Shown piece after piece: positions 15,315 through 20,000 of a stretch of 20,000 nucleotides of DNA. The stretch spans positions 46,933 to 66,932 of the IMG/VR virus record IMGVR_UViG_3300037847_005438. The stretch is one strand, 5' to 3'. Numbering within the stretch: position 1 is the first letter of the stretch; every line of letters begins with the position of its first letter. The translations under genes were made by a program, and so were the position numbers. This DNA comes from an uncultured virus (IMG/VR IMGVR_UViG_3300037847_005438) (lineage: Duplodnaviria; Heunggongvirae; Uroviricota; Caudoviricetes). The notes beneath the pieces are model-generated. The model saw only the letters and a program-made list of their open reading frames with translations. It did not search any database and was not told the origin of the DNA.

Positions 15315-15646
15315 AAAGAGTTACAAATAAACAAATATTAGATAAAATCGACTCGTTAAAAGTAGGTGACGAAGGACTTAACATATTGGCTACCAAAATA
15401 GTAAGTCGTATGGTAAAACTCAAGTCAATGGAGGACTGGTTTCATCATGTTGCTAAGTCTGATAAAGCTTGGTCATCGACTTACAAAGATCTTAATTTAT
15501 CAGAAGAAGTTGAGGCTTTGGGTGAAGCTGCAAAGCTTATGACATTAATGAATATATGTCAAGAAGATGAAGAGTATGAAAAATGCGCCTTAATTAAAAA
15601 TCGTATGGACGAGGTTAATAAAATACTTAAAAAATATAAAAAATGA
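15302..15646 (+). CDS. Hypothetical protein with C-terminal UVR (UvrB/UvrC)-like motif
   Basis: EDEEYEKCALIKNRMDEV resembles the E(D/E)(Y/F)ExAAxxRD consensus. Confidence 0.6.
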   Translation: MTDNKRVTNKQILDKIDSLKVGDEGLNILATKIVSRMVKLKSMEDWFHHVAKSDKAWSSTYKDLNLSEEVEALGEAAKLMTLMNICQEDEEYEKCALIKNRMDEVNKILKKYKK

Positions 15647-15744
15647 CACGAAATGAACAGCAAATGTATAGAGACATTAGCAACTTAACTAAAGCATTAG
15701 AAAAATTAGTAAAAGTATTAACTAAATTAGCAAAAGAACAATGA
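15643..15744 (+). CDS. 33-aa helical peptide
   Basis: MTRNEQQMYRDISNLTKALEKLVKVLTKLAKEQ; ATGA overlaps at both ends. Confidence 0.65.
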   Translation: MTRNEQQMYRDISNLTKALEKLVKVLTKLAKEQ

Positions 15745-16226
15745 ATATATTTTATTTAGATAAATGCCCTGAAAAAGCGGCTAGACTACAGTATAATAAA
15801 CATGTAGTTAAAATGATACTTGAGTCAGCTCAAATGTTATGTACAGCTCATCATTGTATTATGGGTGCTGATGCTAATGTACCTTATAAAGCAGCACATA
15901 GAAATCATCCATCAACTAAATGGGCTAGACAATCTGGTGAAAATTATACTTGGCTGTATAGACACATGATGGAACTAGGTAGAGAGTACGAAAAACGTTA
16001 TGGTAAAAAACATCTATCTATAATTAAATGTGAAGATCCATTGTCTATATTGCCAGGTGGTATATTAGAAACAGGATTAACTGAAATGCCTCAGTGTATG
16101 CCAGATGAATATAAAGATAAATGTAGTATACAAGCTTATTGGAATTATTACATAGGCGAAAAACACGTAGTAGCAAACCCTAAAACTGAAAAATTATATG
16201 AGCGAAGACCTCAAGAAACGTATTAA
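15741..16226 (+). CDS. Pyrimidine-dimer DNA glycosylase / endonuclease V-like protein
   Basis: MNIFYLD...NKHVVKMILESAQML...YKAAHRNHPSTKW...EYEKRYGKKH. Confidence 0.75.
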   Translation: MNIFYLDKCPEKAARLQYNKHVVKMILESAQMLCTAHHCIMGADANVPYKAAHRNHPSTKWARQSGENYTWLYRHMMELGREYEKRYGKKHLSIIKCEDPLSILPGGILETGLTEMPQCMPDEYKDKCSIQAYWNYYIGEKHVVANPKTEKLYERRPQETY

Positions 16227-16259
16227 AAAAGTTTTAATTACATTAAAACCACAAGGGAC

Positions 16260-16305
16260 TGTGACAACAGCCCCTAAATAACTAGAGTAATAGGCTAATG
16301 TCACA
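16260..16305. repeat. TGTGACA...TGTCACA inverted-repeat element, copy 2
   Basis: Arms 32 nt apart; the right arm overlaps the ATG of the HTH gene at 16298. Confidence 0.75.
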
Positions 16306-16918
16306 CGAAAGAAAATTAAAGTATTTAAATCAAAACCAAATTGTATACCGTAGACAACCAATAAAAGATATACCAGACATTGATAATGAAGTATATATGT
16401 TTTATGTTAACGGCACACATGAGTGTTACGAACTGTTTAGATCATCAGCTAAAATAACTACATACAAATCTCTTAAATGGCATTTGTTAGTATTATGGTA
16501 TTTAAACCCTGATTTAGATCAAGATAAGTTTATGCAACTAGCAGAAGTTATATGCCACAAACCAAATGGCTTTGTAAGTTTTGCTATACACATTGATTTA
16601 TTACGTAAAATAGTATATGAAGTTAGCATGCTAGATTTAGATGAGCCACCTAAAAACAAGCTGCGTAAAGTTATATTTAAACCATTTACTAGAGTTAGTA
16701 AAGAAGAAAAATTACGTATTGTAGGTGAGTTAATAGGTAGAACAAAACGTATAACTCAAGATGATATTTACGACTGCATGTTAGAAATAAATAATAATAA
16801 AGAAAAAATAACTATAGCTAAACTAGCTAAGTTATTAAGCTGTACAAGTAGAACAATACACAGGAACATAGGTGTAGAATTAAAACGAGAAAAAGAATTA
16901 TTAAATAAACAAATATGA
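16298..16918 (+). CDS. DNA-binding protein with C-terminal helix-turn-helix
   Basis: ITIAKLAKLLSCTSRTIHRNI is a typical HTH. Confidence 0.7.
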   Translation: MSHERKLKYLNQNQIVYRRQPIKDIPDIDNEVYMFYVNGTHECYELFRSSAKITTYKSLKWHLLVLWYLNPDLDQDKFMQLAEVICHKPNGFVSFAIHIDLLRKIVYEVSMLDLDEPPKNKLRKVIFKPFTRVSKEEKLRIVGELIGRTKRITQDDIYDCMLEINNNKEKITIAKLAKLLSCTSRTIHRNIGVELKREKELLNKQI

Positions 16919-17676
16919 AAAGTTATAATATACAGAACTATATTAGATATAAAAAAGATTTAGAAAAAACAATAGCAAGAATAAAAATAAAAGAACATTA
17001 TTCTTTATATGATAGAGATACATTAGTAACTTTATTTATGCCACTTGTAGAAAATATAGCTAGAAAATTTGCAACATCACAACAGGCTAGCGGTGTAATG
17101 AGTATAAATGATCTTATACAAGAAGGTAATTTAAACTTAATAAAAGCAGTTGATCGTATAGATTGGGATAAAATGTCAGAGTCTGAAGATCAAGAAAAAA
17201 CTATGAAATCATTTTTATCTAAACGTATTAAAGGTGGTATACGTAGGGCAATAGATATTAACAGAGGTCAAATGCGTTTACCAGAACATATAACAAACGA
17301 AATACGTAAAAACTTTGGTAAAGATAAAAAAATGGTTGCTATGTTTTTTAACTCTATATTTTTAAGTATAGATGCGGGTTCAAGAGATGATGAAGATATG
17401 TTGTATCAAATAGAAGATCAGTCAGAGCCTTATAATCAAGAATTTTTAAATATGTATCTTACAAGCTTATTAAAACAACATCTTGATGACAAAGAGTTTC
17501 ATGTATTAAGATTAAGTTATGGTCTTGATTGTGACAAGCACTCAGCTAAAGAAATTGCTAAGTATTTAGGCATTGAAGGCAGTGGTGCTTATGTACGTGT
17601 TTCGCAGTTAAAAAAGCAAGCAGTTAATAAATTAATAGAAAATGTAGATCACTCGCAAGTGATTGATTATCTGTAA
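16915..17676 (+). CDS. Phage-encoded RNA polymerase sigma-70 family factor
   Basis: Region 2 PLVENIARKF...DLIQEGNLNLIKAVDRID...MRLP; region 4 LDDKEFHVLRLSYGLD...KEIAKYLGI...RVSQLKKQAVNKL. Confidence 0.9.
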   Translation: MKSYNIQNYIRYKKDLEKTIARIKIKEHYSLYDRDTLVTLFMPLVENIARKFATSQQASGVMSINDLIQEGNLNLIKAVDRIDWDKMSESEDQEKTMKSFLSKRIKGGIRRAIDINRGQMRLPEHITNEIRKNFGKDKKMVAMFFNSIFLSIDAGSRDDEDMLYQIEDQSEPYNQEFLNMYLTSLLKQHLDDKEFHVLRLSYGLDCDKHSAKEIAKYLGIEGSGAYVRVSQLKKQAVNKLIENVDHSQVIDYL

Positions 17677-17684
17677 GTTACTAT

Positions 17685-17714
17685 TGTAAATATGAACAAA
17701 AACATGTAATAATA
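17685..17714 (+). promoter_or_regulatory. Putative class II promoter TGTAAAT-N12-ATGTAATAATA
   Basis: Intergenic between the sigma gene and the ERF gene; identical boxes and spacing to 9674-9703 (minus strand). Confidence 0.65.
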
Positions 17715-17737
17715 TATATACACCAAATACCAAAAAT

Positions 17738-18343
17738 ATGAAAGAATTAAACCAAAAACTAGCTCAAATACAAACTGAGCTAAAAGCAAAAAAATCGAGT
17801 TACAACTCATTCGGTAAATACTATTTTAGAAAAGCCGAAGACATTTTAGAGGCTACAAAGCCTTTTCTTTTAAAACATGGCGTTACAGTTACTCTTAATG
17901 AAGAGCTAATCATGGTGGTAAATGATGATACAACTGACCCTGTTCCAACGATCAAATCAACAGCAACAATAACAGATGGCGAAAATGCTATACACGCGAC
18001 CGCTATAGTAGGTGTAGACCTTAATCAAAAAGGTATGCAAACCGCTCAACAATTCGGTGCCGCATCTTCTTATGGAAAGAAATATGCATTAGGTAATTTA
18101 TTTTTAATTGATGATACTCAAGATGCCGACGCTAGTAATGATCATGGTAAATCTAAAGCTGTGTCTAAAATTAAACAAGCTGCAAAACCAGCTATAACTA
18201 AAGAGCAATTGAAGAAAGCTGAGGAGTATGTATTAGCAGGTGGAGAAGTTAAAGCTATTGAAACAAAATACAAACTAACAGTTGAACAAATAAATAAATT
18301 AAATGACCTTAGAAAAGAAAAGTCAGATCTTACAAAGGCTTAA
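17738..18343 (+). CDS. erf: ERF-family single-strand annealing protein
   Basis: IQTELKAKK..YNSFGKYYFR..EDIL...AQQFGAASSYGKKYALGNLFLIDD..DAD. Confidence 0.88.
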   Translation: MKELNQKLAQIQTELKAKKSSYNSFGKYYFRKAEDILEATKPFLLKHGVTVTLNEELIMVVNDDTTDPVPTIKSTATITDGENAIHATAIVGVDLNQKGMQTAQQFGAASSYGKKYALGNLFLIDDTQDADASNDHGKSKAVSKIKQAAKPAITKEQLKKAEEYVLAGGEVKAIETKYKLTVEQINKLNDLRKEKSDLTKA

Positions 18344-19043
18344 AAACGACGAAGACTACTACGGTGAGTTTGGTAATCAGTTTATATCTAACTCACACGT
18401 TGGTAGATTATTAAAAGATCCATTAAGAGCCTTTGAACCAAGCAAACCATCTCCAGCATTTTTAGTTGGTGGGTATTTTCATACTTGTATATTAGAACCT
18501 GATAAAATAGATAAGTATAAAGTTGTTAAATCAACTACTAGAAATACTAAAGCTTACAAAGATGTTGCTGGTGGCGAGCTGTGTCTATTGCAACACGAAG
18601 TAGATACAATTGAATTAATGAGAGATAAAGTTATGCAAAACGATATATGTAAAGATCTTATACAAGGTCCACAAATTGAATACGAACAACCACAGATAAT
18701 AAATATGTTCGACAACGACTGGAAAGGTAAAGCAGATATTGTTAACCATAACGAAAAACTAGTTATTGATTTAAAAACAACAGCAGACATTGATAAGTTT
18801 CAATGGTCAGCGACTAAGTATAACTATGACTCACAAGCTTATATCTATAGTAAGTTATTTGGATATGAGATGTTATTTATAGTTATCGATAAAGCCACTC
18901 ATAAAATAGGTATGTTTGATTGTTCGCCTGAGTTTTATGAACGTGGGGAAGACAAGGTGCGTAGAGCAAGTGAAGCTTATGACTTGTTTTACAAGACCAA
19001 GGACTTTGATCCTAAACAATATTTCATAAGCAAAACCTTATAA
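18303..19043 (+). CDS. PD-(D/E)XK exonuclease (RecE/exonuclease VIII-like, DUF3799-type)
   Basis: ISNS, GGYFHTCILEP, WKGKADI, IDLKTT, YDSQAYIY motifs; adjacent to ERF. Confidence 0.85.
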   Translation: MTLEKKSQILQRLKNDEDYYGEFGNQFISNSHVGRLLKDPLRAFEPSKPSPAFLVGGYFHTCILEPDKIDKYKVVKSTTRNTKAYKDVAGGELCLLQHEVDTIELMRDKVMQNDICKDLIQGPQIEYEQPQIINMFDNDWKGKADIVNHNEKLVIDLKTTADIDKFQWSATKYNYDSQAYIYSKLFGYEMLFIVIDKATHKIGMFDCSPEFYERGEDKVRRASEAYDLFYKTKDFDPKQYFISKTL

Positions 19044-19053
19044 ACCTAAAATT

Positions 19054-19221
19054 ATGCCAAGAACTAAATCAAAAGTATGTAGCGTTAGTGGAATTAAAAC
19101 ATCTGAAAAAAACTTTTATAAAGGTCACAACCATGTAAAAGCTGTAGATAATTTAAGAAGAAACAGTGGTGCTACTAAAGAGCAAATAATGAGAATGTTT
19201 AACCAATTAAATAATTATTAA
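19054..19221 (+). CDS. Hypothetical 55-aa protein
   Basis: Manual translation MPRTKSKVCSVSGIKTSEKNFYKGHNHVKAVDNLRRNSGATKEQIMRMFNQLNNY; fills the gap between genes. Confidence 0.7.
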   Translation: MPRTKSKVCSVSGIKTSEKNFYKGHNHVKAVDNLRRNSGATKEQIMRMFNQLNNY

Positions 19222-19530
19222 ATGGCGAGTATTATTAAAACAAGTATTAACCTAAATGAAATACCGAAAGACAAAATCTATGTAGGTAAAAAAGGTAAAT
19301 ACTTACCAATTACAATTACTTTGAATGATGAGCTAGATCAGTTCGGTAATCAAGGTCCTGTAGTTGTAGAACAAACTAAGGAGGAAAGAGATGCTAAAGC
19401 ACCTAAGACTTACCTTGGTAATGTAAAAGTGGTTTGGACTAATGGTTCTAATGTAGAGCCAGCTCCAAGAGATAACAACTCAGCACCGGCACCTGCTCCT
19501 GCCGAGGCTGAAGAAGATCTACCATTTTAA
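19222..19530 (+). CDS. Putative single-stranded DNA-binding protein
   Basis: Small beta-rich core, Pro/Ala linker, acidic EEDLPF tail; replication-module context. Confidence 0.7.
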   Translation: MASIIKTSINLNEIPKDKIYVGKKGKYLPITITLNDELDQFGNQGPVVVEQTKEERDAKAPKTYLGNVKVVWTNGSNVEPAPRDNNSAPAPAPAEAEEDLPF

Positions 19531-20000
19531 TGAATAAAGAAGAGATCAATGGATTTGTGATTGACGAGTTCAATCAATATGGCCTAAAAGAAAATGCAAC
19601 ACAGGGGATTTGTCCCTTGTGTTCGCATACTAGGAAACCTAAGAATCAAAAAGCACAATGTGCTAGTTATGATTGGGAACGTGGTCTCGGTACATGTCAC
19701 AACTGTAATACTACATTTCAACTTCATACTTACCAACGCAAGGGCAATAGCGAACGCGTCTATGTTAGACCAGATACGCCAGCCAACTTTAACGAGGTGA
19801 GTACGAATGTTGAAACGTGGTTTGGTACAAGAGGTATATCAAAACAAACACTCAAAGATCTTCATGTAACTGAAGGTCCTGAGTTTATGCCTCAAACTGG
19901 TAAGCAAGAAAACACAATACAGTTTAATTACTTTATGGGTGATCAGCTTATTAATGTTAAGTACCGTGACGGTAGAAAAAACTTTAAGCTTTATAAAGGT
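19530..20000 (+). CDS. Primase-helicase (T7 gp4/Twinkle-like), N-terminal part
   Basis: Not in the ORF track (no stop in window). MNKEEING...CPLCSHTRK...CHNC zinc-binding domain, WFGTRGIS, LINVKYRD; TAATG-coupled to the SSB gene. Confidence 0.85.
   Translation, partial: MNKEEINGFVIDEFNQYGLKENATQGICPLCSHTRKPKNQKAQCASYDWERGLGTCHNCNTTFQLHTYQRKGNSERVYVRPDTPANFNEVSTNVETWFGTRGISKQTLKDLHVTEGPEFMPQTGKQENTIQFNYFMGDQLINVKYRDGRKNFKLYKG

Noticed and set aside
16198..16281. 27-aa ORF MSEDLKKRIKKVLITLKPQGTVTTAPK
   Set aside because: Too short to support, and it overlaps both the glycosylase gene end and the inverted-repeat element.
11230..19800. Track ORFs 11230-11415(-), 11963-12214(-), 18554-18790(-), 19594-19800(+)
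   Set aside because: They overlap better-supported plus-strand genes; 19594-19800 is an alternative frame inside the primase-helicase.

Overview
This is an AT-rich segment of a tailed dsDNA phage genome with two divergent arms that switch strand at a GC-rich island (~9741-9854). A Bacteroidota/Flavobacteriia host is inferred from the A-rich leaders lacking Shine-Dalgarno sequences and from the gene content. The left arm (minus strand, 1-9668) carries late/morphogenesis-type genes: terminase large subunit (truncated by the window), a candidate small terminase, a tandem double-GroES protein, holin(s), an HExxH metallopeptidase, GroES, GroEL, and three basic proteins sharing an N-terminal FKL(K/R)SGNKPSIAK tag. 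The right arm (plus strand, 9952-20000) begins with an early-type array of small genes punctuated by nine copies of a CACAAA-N18-AGATAATA motif and containing two structured RNA-like elements. It continues with gp88-like, pyrimidine-dimer glycosylase, HTH and sigma-70 genes. A recombination/replication module follows (ERF, PD-(D/E)XK exonuclease, SSB-like, primase-helicase), preceded by a second promoter-like motif that also heads the left arm. All family calls come from recognising motifs by eye; no searches or folding programs were run.
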